Positions 29,301-42,445 of a DNA stretch of 64,000 nt are shown here, piece by piece (the stretch's first letter is position 1; each line of letters begins with the position of its first letter). The stretch is taken from NCBI GenBank assembly GCA_951406725.2, contig CATOCA020000001.1, forward strand, positions 4,526,001 to 4,590,000. Reading direction: 5' to 3'. The stretch comes from Octopus vulgaris. Lineage: Eukaryota. A program made the position numbers and the translations under genes. The notes under the pieces are model-generated. The model was given only the letters and a program-made list of their open reading frames with translations. It was not told the DNA's origin and ran no database searches.

Positions 29301-31710
29301 CTCGTTTCTTTTTCTCTCTCTCTTTCCTTCCTCGCTCTCTCACTTTTTTCTCCTTTCTCCCTCTCTCTCACTCTTTCATTTCTCTCTTTCTTCCTCTCCT
29401 TTCTTTTTCTCTCTTTCTTTTCTCACTCTCTCGCTTTTTTCTCCTTCATTCTCTCTCTCGTTTTCTTTTTATCCTTCTTCCTCTCTCTCACTCTTTCATT
29501 TCTCTCTTTCTTCCTCTCCTTTCTTTTTCTCTCTCTTTCTTTCTTCGCTCTCTCATATTTTTCTCTTTCTTTCTCCCTCTTCTTTTCTTTTTATCCTTCT
29601 TCCTGTCTCTCACTCTTTCATTTCTCTATTTCTTCCTCTCGTTTCTTTTTCTCTCTCTCTTTCTTTTCTTGCTCTCTGGCTTTTTCCTCCTTCTTTCTCC
29701 CTCTCGTTTTCTTTTTAACCTTCTTCCTCTCTCTCACTCTTTCATTTCTCTCTTTCTTCCTCTCGTTTCTTTTTCTCTCTCTCTTTCTTTCGGCGCTCTC
29801 TCACTTTTTTCTCCTTCTTACTCCCCCTCTCTCACTCTTTCATTTCTCTCTTTATTCTCGTTTCTTTTTCTATCTCTCTTTCCTTCCTCGCTCTCACAAT
29901 TTTTTCTTCTTTCTCCCTCTCTCTCTCACTCTTTCATTTCTCTCTTTCTTCCTCTCCTTTCTTTCTCTCTCTCTTTCTTTCCTCGATCTCTCACTTTTTT
30001 CTCCTTCTTACTCCCTCTCTCTCACTCTTTCATTTCTCTCTTTCTTCCTCTCCTTTCTTTTTCTCTCTCTTTCTTTTCTCACTCTCTCGCTTTTTTCTCC
30101 TTCTTTCTCTCTCTCGTTTTCTTTTTATCCTTCTTCCTCTCTCTCACTCTTTCATTTCTCTCTTTCTTCCTCTCCTTTCTTTTTCTCTCTCTTTCATTTC
30201 TCACTCGCTCGCTTTTTTCTCCTTCTTTCTCCCTCTCGTTTTCTTTTTATCCTTCTTCCTCTCTCTCACTCTTTCATTTCTCTATTTCTTCCTCTCCTTT
30301 CTTTTTCTCTCTCTTTCTTTTCTTGCTCTCTGGCTTTTTTCTCCTTCTTTCTTCCTCTCGTTTTCTTTTTATCCTCCTTCCTCTCTCTCTCTCATTCATT
30401 TCTCTCTTACTTCCTCTCCTTTCTTTCTCTCTCTCCTTCCTTTCTCGCTCTCTCACTTTTTTCTCCTTCTTTCTCCCTCTCGTTTTCTTTTTATCCTTCT
30501 TCCTCACTCTCACTCTTTCATTTCTCTCTTTCTTCCTCTCCTTTCTTTTTCTCTCTCTTTCTTTCCTCGCTCTCTCATATTTTTCTCTTTCTTTCTCCCT
30601 CTCCTTTTCTTTTTATCCTTCTTCCTGTCTCTCACTCTTTCATTTCTCTATTTCTTCCTCTCGTTTCTTTTTCTCTCTCTCTTTCTTTTCTTGCTCTCTG
30701 GCTTTTTCCTCCTTCTTTCTTCCTCTCGTTTTCTTTTTATCCTCCTTCCTCTCTCTCTCTCTCATTCATTTCTCTGTTACTTCCTCTCCATTCTTTCTGT
30801 CTCTCCTTCCTTTCTCGCTCTCTCACTTTTTTCTCCATCTTTCTCCCTCTCGTTTTCTTTTTATCCTTCTTCCTCTCTCTCACTCTTTCATTTCTCTCTT
30901 TCTTCCTCTCCTTTCTTTTTCTCTCTCTTTCTTTTCTCGCTCTCTCGCTTTTTTCTCCTTCTTTCTCTCTCGCTTTTTTCTCCTTCTTTCTCTCTCTTCT
31001 TTCTCGCTCTCTCATTTTTTTCTCCTTCTTTCTCCCTCTCGTTTTCTTTTATCCTTCTTCCTCTCTCTCACTCTTTCATTTCTCTCTCTCTTCCTCTCAT
31101 TTCTTTCTCCCTCTCTCCTTCTTTTCTAGCTCACTCACTTTTTTCTCCTTCTTTCTCCCTCTCGTTTTCTTTTTATCCTTCTTCCTCTCTCTCACTCTTT
31201 CATTTCTCTCTTTCTTCCTCTCGTTTTCTTTTTATCCTTCTTCCTCTCTCTCACTCTTTCATTTCTCTCTTTCTTCCTCTTGTTTCTTTTTCTCTCTCTT
31301 TCTTTTCTCGCTCTCTCGCTTTTTTCTCCTTCTTTCTCCCTCTCGTTTTCTTTTTATCCTTCTTCCTCTCTCTCACTCTTTCATTTCTCTTTTTCTTCCT
31401 CTCGTTTCTTTTCTCGCTCTCTCATTTTTTTCTCCTTCTTTCTCCCTCTCCTTTTCTTTTTATCCTTCTTCCTCTCTCTCACTCTTTCATTTCTCTCTTT
31501 CTTTTTCTCGTTCCTTTTTCTCTCTCTCTTTCTTTCCTCTCTTGTTTTTCTTTTTTCAATCTCATTCTCTTTATCTTTTCTCTCCCTCTTTCTCTGTTTC
31601 GTTTCTCTTTTTGTCTTCTGTATAATTCTCTCTCAATTTTCCTTTCCTTTCTTCTATTTTTCTATTCCTCTCTTCTTTTTTCTCTTTCTTTTTCTTTCTC
31701 TCTTCTACTT
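26325..31710 (+). repeat. ~5.4-kb polypyrimidine (CT-rich) higher-order repeat tract
   Basis: Almost entirely C/T on the plus strand with recurring units (e.g. ctctctctcactctttcatttctctctttcttcctctc); source of the 956- and 1536-aa S/L/F pseudo-ORFs. Confidence 0.97.
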
Positions 31711-31919
31711 GTTTCAGTCATGAGACTTCGGCCATGCTGGGGTTCCTCCTCGGTTTTGTCTTTTATGTGTGGTACCTTTCCTGTTTATTTAGCACCAACC
31801 TATAGCTCTCTTTTGCTTCAGGGCTAAGTAACAGGGATGCAAATACACCAACACCGTTTATCAATTACCAGTTAGGGACACACTCTAGCATAGATACACA
31901 AGCATACATACACACACAA

Positions 31920-31952
<33 letters not shown>

Positions 31953-32029
31953 CGAGTTAGTAACACCTGTAAGGATGAGTTTTATTTATTCACCAAAGCG
32001 AATGGAGCCTGCAGAAAGCTCTTATATCT

Positions 32030-33260
32030 GTCACACTTCCGTTCATGGGCCTTGTTATAACCCGCTCCCTACGTGACTGTTCGTTGAATTATGATAATTT
32101 TCTGGGCCTTTTCAGGCCACAGAACCACATCAGTCCTCAGTGTTGTATGGATAACCTGGGGAAACTGCAATCTTTTCCCTAAGTCTACCTTCATATCCCA
32201 TGGTTGAGACCCTTGCAGCAAGCTGCGTATTGCTTTTGCTGGCTTTACTGGTTTCTGTCCCTCTTTCACGAACTTAATTGCGGCAGTTATCTTCCCTTGG
32301 TGATGATGTTTCTCACACCTTTACTGCTCCAGGGTGTGAGCAAGTATTTGTATCTGCCCTGAGAAAGTGTTATTCTGCACCCTACCAGGATGTGTGCCAG
32401 AGTGCCCCTTTCCCACAAAGTCTACACAGCTGGTCTTCCCTCAAACCTTATCTGTGCAGGTTTGTTGGCATCGGGAGTGTGTCATACACCGCTCCATGCA
32501 GGAAGGAGATGTGCAAAGGTTCCAGCCTCCACAGGTCAGAGATTCCAACTCCACAGCTCTTGATTTCCTTGTATCTTCCTCCTGGTTACACATTGCTTTC
32601 TGAGTCATAGCCCGCCTCTCTTTGGTGTCTACTTTCTTCTATTGTTGGAAATAGGAAGTGCTAAGTCCCTGGTGACCCCAACATGTAGCTCGAAATATGA
32701 CGCGTGGCTCTAGCATGCCTTCAGCCTGAGCGACAGCGGTGCTAGTTACCCAAACCTTGTGGTAATACCTGCATGTCTGCCAAGCTCATCCTTAGAGTCC
32801 CTCTACACCATTACATTACATTTTGCTACTTTAAATTCCTCCATTAAATACGACAGGGGAAGTTGTAGCCTTCCAGATCTTATGGACAGGCCTACTGAAA
32901 TGAAGCTTGGGAAACTCCTAGCAATCTTCGGAGGTATTTAGTTATCTTTCTGTCCACCCTTTCCACACTTGTCATTGGGGCATCATACAGCGTCAGCAAC
33001 CATATGAGTCTTGGGAGCAGTCTGTGTTGGTAGAGCCATGCCCTGAACTTTCCTGGAAGCCCTGATCTATCAATCCTCATCAGCCACCCCTCTGCTTGCT
33101 TCACAATTTTGGTGACATTGCTTCTCTCTGACAGCGACTCGTCAAACATCTTTTCAAGGCATTTACTAGGATTTACCTCTATTGATGGAATGCTCCTTGC
33201 ACTTGGAGCCTGATTTTGTTGGTTACCTTACTGCCCTCCCTGATTACCATGCTCTCCGAA
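32030..33260 (-). mobile_element. Degenerate RLE-type non-LTR retrotransposon (Hero/NeSL-like)
   Basis: Peptides IDRSGLPGKFRAWLYQHRLLPRLIWLLTLYD and WDMKVDLGKRLQFPQVIHTTLRTDVVLW (decayed RPD-type restriction-like endonuclease motif). Confidence 0.75.
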
Positions 33261-34299
33261 ATGCTTAGAAAGATGGTTCAATTCATGCATAAGCTCAATG
33301 AAGAGAAACAAAACCACTTTATGTTTGGTACTGAATCTAATACAAAGTAATTATTTGAGACTAGATATCTGTGGGAACTTCTGGATGACACCAACTTCTG
33401 TTGAATATGTTCAAAATGTGAAAAAGTGGATACAAATGAAAGGAAACGATGGGGGAATAAAAACATAAATAAGGCAGTGCTTCGTTTTAAATTAAGTGCT
33501 TCGTTAGTACTTTGTAGCCATACAAAATGTTAAAAGGTCTGAGTTCTTCATACACAACTGTATTACATCTGTTTAGACAACCATATCAACATCATCTGGA
33601 GGAAAACACCTACCATCACAAAGTGGCAGACATACACCCACCATTGAATTACAGGTATGATGGTCATCAAGAAAATAAAGGATGCTTCTTTCTGCATTTC
33701 ACCATCTGTCAGCTCTCTTCACTCCTAATTTAAAACCAAGATTTCTGGTCTCCTACCAACAGAATCTCTATAAATTTAACAGAATCATTCTACCAACTGC
33801 TTCCTAACCATGACGGTCCTATACCAGGGATTCTTAAACCTTTTAAATATGGTTTCTTTTCATTTACCAAGGATTTCTCAATGTCCCTCACCTTGCTACG
33901 ACTCTATATAACACATAATTAATGTCGTTTTAATTAATACCAGATCAGATAAATTTCCCTATCGATCCTAGTCTTGACATGGGTGACTACTTACCACAGA
34001 ACCTTCACCAGAATAAGTGAATACTTGATGCTTCACCACTTAGTTTTCTTTACTGATCCAACCGTTGATACATAGCTTCAGTTAAACTCAGGTACACATT
34101 CTTTGTGTTTCATATATACATAACCTCATATAATATTTTCCCACAGCGCCGCCACACATGGGTATTACTGACCTCACTGGGAAATCCTGCTCAATATTCC
34201 TGCAGACAATATCTTATCGAGTGACTACCATCCAGTCATTCTAACTTCCAATGTTTCAATTATGAAGTAAAAAGTCACAAACAACCATCATATTTGTCC

Positions 34300-34620
34300 C
34301 TTTAGGTATCTTCCATTATTCAATGAACACCAGTACAGTCTTATAAAGCCAGATCAAGAGGGGGCTTGGTACCTGTGTGACACACCAGTGTTTACATATG
34401 TTTGACAAAATCTGCATAAAATGGTGTAGCCCTTGACATCAGTAAAACCTTCGTCTGTGTATGGCAAGAGGATTTCTTTAAAAAGTCACCATCCATCTAT
34501 GGACTCCATTTGTCTCTCATCTCATCTGAAAATTTCATATCAGAATACTCCCTTGCAGTGTGTGATTATGGGTTTCTCTCTCATTCACATTCCATCTACT
34601 TTGCCATGCTCAAAATTTGG
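34300..34620 (+). mobile_element. Old LINE RT relic
   Basis: Decayed HQY and ALDISKTF..VW-like RT motifs; heavily frameshifted. Confidence 0.45.
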
Positions 34621-34632
34621 TCAAGAATAATA

Positions 34633-34848
34633 TTCTTTTCTACTCAAGGCACAAGGCCTGACATTTTGGGGGAGGGGGCCAGTCGATTAGACCGACCGCA
34701 GTAGGCAACTAGTATTTAATATATCAACCTAGGAAGGATGACAAGAAAAGTCGACCTCGGCGGAATTTGATCTCAGAACGTAAACACAGACAAAATTTTG
34801 CTAAGAATTTTACCCGGCGTGCTAACGATTCTGCCAACTCGCTGCCTT
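34633..34848 (-). mobile_element. tRNA-derived SINE family B (Nin/Deu-like central domain, tentative)
   Basis: Head ggcagcgagttggcagaatcgttagcacgccggg, B-box-like motif followed by tccgccgaggtcgacttt. Confidence 0.82.
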
Positions 34849-35013
34849 GGTCAAGAATTTTATTATAACATTAATGGCAATTAGCGGAAAGAGATGGAGA
34901 AAGAAATGAAATATTATGGAGAAACATATGTAGTTAGTTTGAAGTTTTCAAATTGCGTATAAAATAATAAAGAAATAGGCAAATTTGAAAAAGCAATAAA
35001 CAGAACAACTTAC

Positions 35014-35096
35014 TTGGCCTGGCTCCTCCTCAAGTAAGATTTTCAATCCTTCCACATCATTATTTATAATTTTATAATAGATTGCCTTCATGTCTT
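35014..35096 (-). CDS. Ankyrin-repeat gene exon E1 (83 bp; aa|DMKAIYYKIINNDVEGLKILLEEEPGQ), first coding exon visible
   Basis: ttttattcAG acceptor, CAA|GTAAGT donor, phase 0 out joining INKPIDG; contains an in-frame ATG. Confidence 0.8.
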
Positions 35097-35354
35097 CTGA
35101 ATAAAAGATGTCAAAAAAAGAGTAAAACAGTTTCAAAAAACTTATAAAGTGAGTTAAACAACAATAAATAGAAATTGATGATTCTAAAATCTTGCATAAG
35201 ATAACATTGATATTGTAAACTTCAATTTATCTAAAGTATTATTCATAGCTGAATGTTCTTCTTGACACTAATAAACCTAACAACAGTCATTGTGTTGTGT
35301 CTCTAGTTTAGATTACAGATTGACTGGTTACTATTAAACCCTCAATATTGGAAT

Positions 35355-36774
35355 CACGAAGCACAACCGACATGATCTTCACGCTGCGACAGCTACAAGA
35401 AAAATGTTGTGAGCAACACCAACCGCTCTACTTGGCCTTTATCGACCTATCCAACGCCTGTGATCGTGTCTCGCGAGAGCTCCTCTGGGATATTCTCGCC
35501 CAGTATGGATACACAGATAAGTTCATCCGGATCCTCAAACTCCTCCACGACAATATGCACGCCAGAGTCCAGACCGACGGAGGTAGTTCTGAGCCCTTTA
35601 AAGTCACCTCCGGAGTGAAGCAAGGCTGCGTGATAGCGCCAACTCTCTTTACCATCTTTATCGCGACAGTGTTGCACATCATACGAGATGACCTTCCACC
35701 TGGCATCGAGATCTCGTACAGAATGGACGGCAAGCTTTTCAACCTCGCTCGCCTCAAAAGTACGTCAAAGACAATGGTGCGAAGCTTGCTAGAGTTCCAA
35801 TATGCCGACGACAACAGTGTAGCAGCTCACAGAGAGGATCACCTCCAACATATCCTAAATGCTTTTCATCATGCATATACTAAACTTGGACTGAGCATCA
35901 ACATCAAGAAGACTCAATTACTCTACCAACCTCCTCCCAATGCTCGTGTTGACAACCCGCCATCGATTCAACTCGAAGGAAATCCACTGGAAAATGTGAA
36001 CCACTTCTGCTACCTTGGGAGCCATCTGTCAGCAAAGGTAGACCTCAGCGATGAAATCCATCACCGTCTGAAGTGTGCAGGAACAGCTTTCGGCAAGCTT
36101 CGAACAAGAGTTTTTGCTGATCGGGACATCCGAACCGAAACCAAACTCATGGTGTACAGGGCAGTCATTATTCCAACCCTCCTTTACGCATCCGAAACCT
36201 GAAAACTCTCGAGAAATTTCACCAACGCTGTCTTCGGAAGATCCTTAACATCAGCTGGGAAGACAGAAGAACTAACGTCAGCGTGCTACAAGGAGCAAAA
36301 ACGACCAGCATCGAGGCCTATGTCATCAAAGGCCAACTAAGATGGAGCGGCCACTTGGTTAGAATGACTGACGAACGACTTCCCAAACAGATCTTCTACT
36401 CCCAACTCAAAGACGGCAAGCGTACAAAAGGAGGCCAGAAGAAACGCTACAAGGACTCCCTGAAATCGAACCTCAAAAAGTGTGACATTGACTTCAACTG
36501 GGAGGAAACGGCAAAAAACAAACCACTCTGGAAAACCACCATCCATGAGGGAACGGCGAATTTCGAGTCGAAAAGGTCTGCAGAGCTGGAGGAGAAAAGA
36601 CGACGACGGAAGGAGCGCCAACAACAACCACGTGCGACTCTCCCTTCTGGCACTAGTTGTCCGCACTGTGACCGATTTTTTCGAGCAAGAATTGGTCTTA
36701 TCGGTCACCTGCGGACTCACCAGTAAATTTGCGCGAAGACCATCATCCTCGACCTTGAGGGATTGCCATAGTAG
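35355..36774 (+). mobile_element. 5'-truncated RTE-clade (BovB-like) LINE with 9-bp TSD
   Basis: RT motifs QLQEKC, FIDL, GVKQGCVIAPTLF, QYADD, FCYLGS; LRWSGH and C-terminal CPHC..HLRTH; TSD TATTGGAAT at 35346-35354 and 36775-36783; short (TAG) tail; stop/deletion at ~36200. Confidence 0.94.
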
Positions 36775-37106
36775 TATTGGAATGTACAGTCTGTTGATCA
36801 GCTACGTAGAGGCATCGTACATATTGAGCTATAAATCTGTGGATCACACCCCAGCTACGGTGGAGGGCACTTTACATCAAAGACAAACTGATTCTCCAAA
36901 GAAAGGTAAATTTACGAAAAATAGTAAAAGAATCAGTGAAACAGAGTCTGTTCAATAAAACCTCCTGTATTGATCTTTGTCGAAACACTAGCAAAGTAGA
37001 TGAGATCAAATCAGAAACTATCAACAAGTGCTTACTTTATAGATTTTTGCAAATATCTTTATGACTATTTCATAATTATTTAATACATTTCCATTATATA
37101 TATATA

Positions 37107-39365
37107 CTAGCAGAATTGCCCGGCGTTGCTCGGGGCTGAATTGCTTGAAAGTACTGTTAATGATTGCACTGAATTATGATGATTATTCAGGCAAATATTG
37201 ATATAAGCTTACGGTGGGAGATAAGGACTTAACGATCAAACGTGTGCCATTGCATTGTTTTGGGGGAACCAAATTTCTGATGAGCATTATAGGGGCACCA
37301 ACTTTAAGTTTGAGAAAGTGTGGTGGTAGTCCGGGGTGCTCAAAGGAATTGAGTACCTCTATTGGATAGTTGATGACGTCCTCTGGGTCAGGATTTGTAT
37401 CGATAGACTGATATATATAGACTTCCCCAGGAATGAGTTTTAGCATTTCATCATTAATATGGTGAACAGTTTTATTCCTCGGGGCCAGTATAGCCTTTTT
37501 GCCAATCCAATCCATATTCTGATAATTAGCTTGTAGATCTGGGAACACTGCATCTCTGAGATCAGAAGGCGTCTTAACAATGGTACAAATGGAATCGATG
37601 GCAATATTACCATTTTCATCCCCTGGTATTTTGCCTTCGCCAAGTGCAAGGAGGGTGTGAGGAAATGCTGCTGATGTGATATTACGTCACATATGAGCAC
37701 GCATATTGGTGTGAAGTTTGAGAGTTACTTCCGTTTATTTTAAAAAATATGCATTAAAATGGAAAAAAATGATGGTAAATTATTTGTAAAATCATAGACT
37801 CATCGTAGACGCGCACTAATACCCAGAAGGGCTCGATATGAATCACGACTATAAGATACCCGGTTTTGGTTAAACTGCATCGCAAAATGTGGGAGTAGTT
37901 AGGAATCTAAATCGGAGTAGACAGACACACAACCTTTCTTTTATATATAAATATTTTCGTCCTAAAAAACTTTGTATGGATTGAATGGTTACCTCTATGG
38001 AAATATATACACGCACATTATACATACATGTGTGTATAGATGAATATATAAATACATTTAAATATCTATATACACTTTTGGGCGATCTTTCTGTTTTTTA
38101 GAGATAACTTTAGATCTTATTTTCGTGCTAAAAAACTTTGTATGGAGTGAATGGTTACCTCTATGGAAATATATACACACGTTATACATACATGTGTGCA
38201 TAGATGAATATATAAATACATTTATATATCTATATACACTTTTGGGCGATCTCTGTGCTACTTAGAGATAACTTTAGATCTTATTTTCGTCCTAAAAAAC
38301 TTTGTGCGGAGTGAATGGTTACGTGTATGGAAATATATACACACACATTATACATACATCTGTGTATAGATGAATATATAAATACATTTAAATATCTATA
38401 TACACTTTTGGGCGATCTTTCTGCTACTTGGATATAGGGGCGATGATTCGCTTGTCGTAGCACACGTTTCCGTCGATTTCCGTAAAAAATGTAAACACTG
38501 AATCGGCCATACATACATACATACACACACACATACATACACACACACACATACATGCATACATACATATACACATAAACCGAGTAAAAATTTCAGTTAT
38601 CTCTCTCTTTCACACATTACTCTCTCTGTCTCTTCACACACACTAACAGAAACACTTCACTTACACAGCATACGGTCTGTCTCCCACACTCCATCAAACA
38701 CACACACACACACATGTACATCAATGCGTCCCATGCACGGTAACTTCAAAAGAACTTCCCTCGTCATACAATCGCTTTCTCTTAGTCTCTTTCGCTCTCA
38801 TTACTTATGTAAAAAAATAAAAGTTTTTTACGGAAATCGACAGAAACCTGTGCTACGACAAGCGAAACATCGCCGATATAGGTCTTATATTCGTCCTAAA
38901 ATACTTTCCTGTCACACACTCACGCACACGCACGCACACACACACACACACACACGCACCCTCACACACACACACACACGCACGCACACACTCACACACA
39001 CGCACGTTAGCTTACAATTTTATTTATATATTTGCGTGTCTATGTGTGTAAAGAGGAAGTGTCAGACTGAAAGAGTCACTCACTACAAAAGGTGAATTAC
39101 TTTCATTTTATTCCTTGCACACTGTGTGTGTGCGTGTGCGTGTGGTGTAAAACACATTAAGAAAAGCATTTGATATACACACCAGAATGTGAGTTTTCTG
39201 TAAATTTTGCTTAATTGGAGTTTAAATTTTAAAAAGTGGACCTGCCATGACCCGATGCATTCCACTCTTAAAAATGCTAAGTAAATTGTAATTGAAGAAA
39301 TCCTATATTGTAGATTTCTATAACTGACAAAGGGAGGCAGATAAAATCTGCCTTTTATAATAAGA
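37107..39365 (-). mobile_element. Composite Helitron with PIF1 helicase fragment (ORF 37183-37548)
   Basis: AILAPRN, LPPHFLKLKVGAPIMLIRNL, CNGTRL are PIF1/Helitron motifs; 3' hairpin + CTAG at 37107-37110; 5' TC at 39365; second internal 5'-end-like block at ~37950. Confidence 0.85.
37952..38430 (+). repeat. Minisatellite, ~164-bp unit x3
   Basis: tattttcgtcctaaaaaactttgtatgga.. recurs at ~37952, 38117 and 38281. Confidence 0.92.
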
Positions 39366-40367
39366 CTAGCAGTATCGCCCGGCGTTGCTCGGGTTGTAAG
39401 GGAAATAACTATATAAGCATTTTTAGAGAGTTATAGCCAAAAAGTAGCAAAAAAATGCATTAAAAATTGAAAAAAAATTAAGGTAAATTTTTCTTTAAAT
39501 CGTTGACACATCGTAGATATTTTTAGAGTGTTACTTCCCTTATATAAAAGCGAAAAAAATGCATTAAAATGGAAAAATATGATGGTAATTTTTTTTTAAA
39601 TCGTAGACTCATCGTAGAAGGGCTCGTTTGTTATTCTGGGTAACTTTCTGTAAAATTATTAAAACTTTGTTCAAACATCGCTATAGAAAATGGGTTATTA
39701 GCTAATATTCAATTGGGTATACAACAAAATTTTACGATAGAATTTGTTATTCTGGGTAACTTTCTGATACCCATAATAATATTTATGGCAAAATAGGCCT
39801 TAATTTCATTTAAGGTTGTGGGAAACGACTAACTATCCTTTCTTTCGGTTTGTTTACGTTTAGCGTAATGATTTCAAATAGGCTCATTCGAAAAAGTAAA
39901 TAGAAATAGTCTAAGGCTTTACTCTTCTGGGAAAGTCTGTGGCTTGGTCCAGTTTCTTCAGAAAACTCACCGAAAGAAACAGTTTTTAAATTTTCACTCC
40001 ATTCAGGTACCAATTCGTTTTCTTTATCGCTGTCGGATTCACTGTTTTCACTTTAATAGCTGCCAACTTGCAAAGACAAAGGAGGAGAAGGGTGATAGCG
40101 TCAGTGAAACAATTCGCTCCCTTTGTGTGTGTGTGCGTTTGCGTGTGGTGTAAACCAGACTAAGAAAAGCATTTGACACACACACCAGAATGTGAGTTTT
40201 CTGTAAATTTTGCTTAATTGGAGTTTAAATTTTAAAAACTGGACCTGGCATGACGCGATGCATTGTACTCTTAAAATTGCTAGGTAAATTGTAATTGAAG
40301 AAATCCTATATTGTAGATTTGTATAATCCCAAAGGGAGGCAGATAAAATCTGCCTTTTATAATAAGA
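39366..40367 (-). mobile_element. Non-autonomous Helitron, head-to-tail with 37107-39365
   Basis: 5' TCTTATTATAAAAGGCAG at 40367 (same 5' block as at 39365); 3' cccgagcaacgccggg hairpin + CTAG at 39366-39369. Confidence 0.82.
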
Positions 40368-41821
<1,454 letters not shown>

Positions 41822-42051
41822 ATAGAAATATTAAAATTACTAAGTCTCTCTAAAAGAGAACAACGGCAGCCTTCCCGGAAAATATTAGTTATCGCCATAC
41901 TAATATGGCATTCTTATAAAAATAAGAAAAAAAGCTGACCGCTTATTAGCTCCATGAGGCCATCGCCTTAAGTTAGCTATTTGATACACAAACTGTATCC
42001 ATATAACCTTTGAACAAGGGAGGTCAGTCGCTCCACACTACTTGGCCGGCA

Positions 42052-42093
42052 GCTACAGACGCGTTTCGGGGTATTGCCCCTTTTCAATGCAGC
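42052..42093 (-). ncRNA. Minimal type-I hammerhead ribozyme motif with U3-A8 core variant
   Basis: gctgca-TTGAAAA-gggg caata cccc-GAAA-cgcg-TC-tgtagc: 6-bp stem I (one G.U), perfect 4-bp stem II, palindromic stem/loop III, GUC triplet. Confidence 0.66.
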
Positions 42094-42104
42094 GTAGCCA
42101 AACC

Positions 42105-42445
<341 letters not shown>

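Noticed and set aside
26289-31129. Very long ORFs (956 aa, 1536 aa) rich in S/L/F
   Set aside because: The CT-rich tract rarely forms stop codons; no domain content, and it lies antisense within an intron.
37952-38430. Regularly spaced repeats as a possible CRISPR array (also 5770-6000)
   Set aside because: Whole units are repeated without unique spacers; eukaryotic context and no cas genes.
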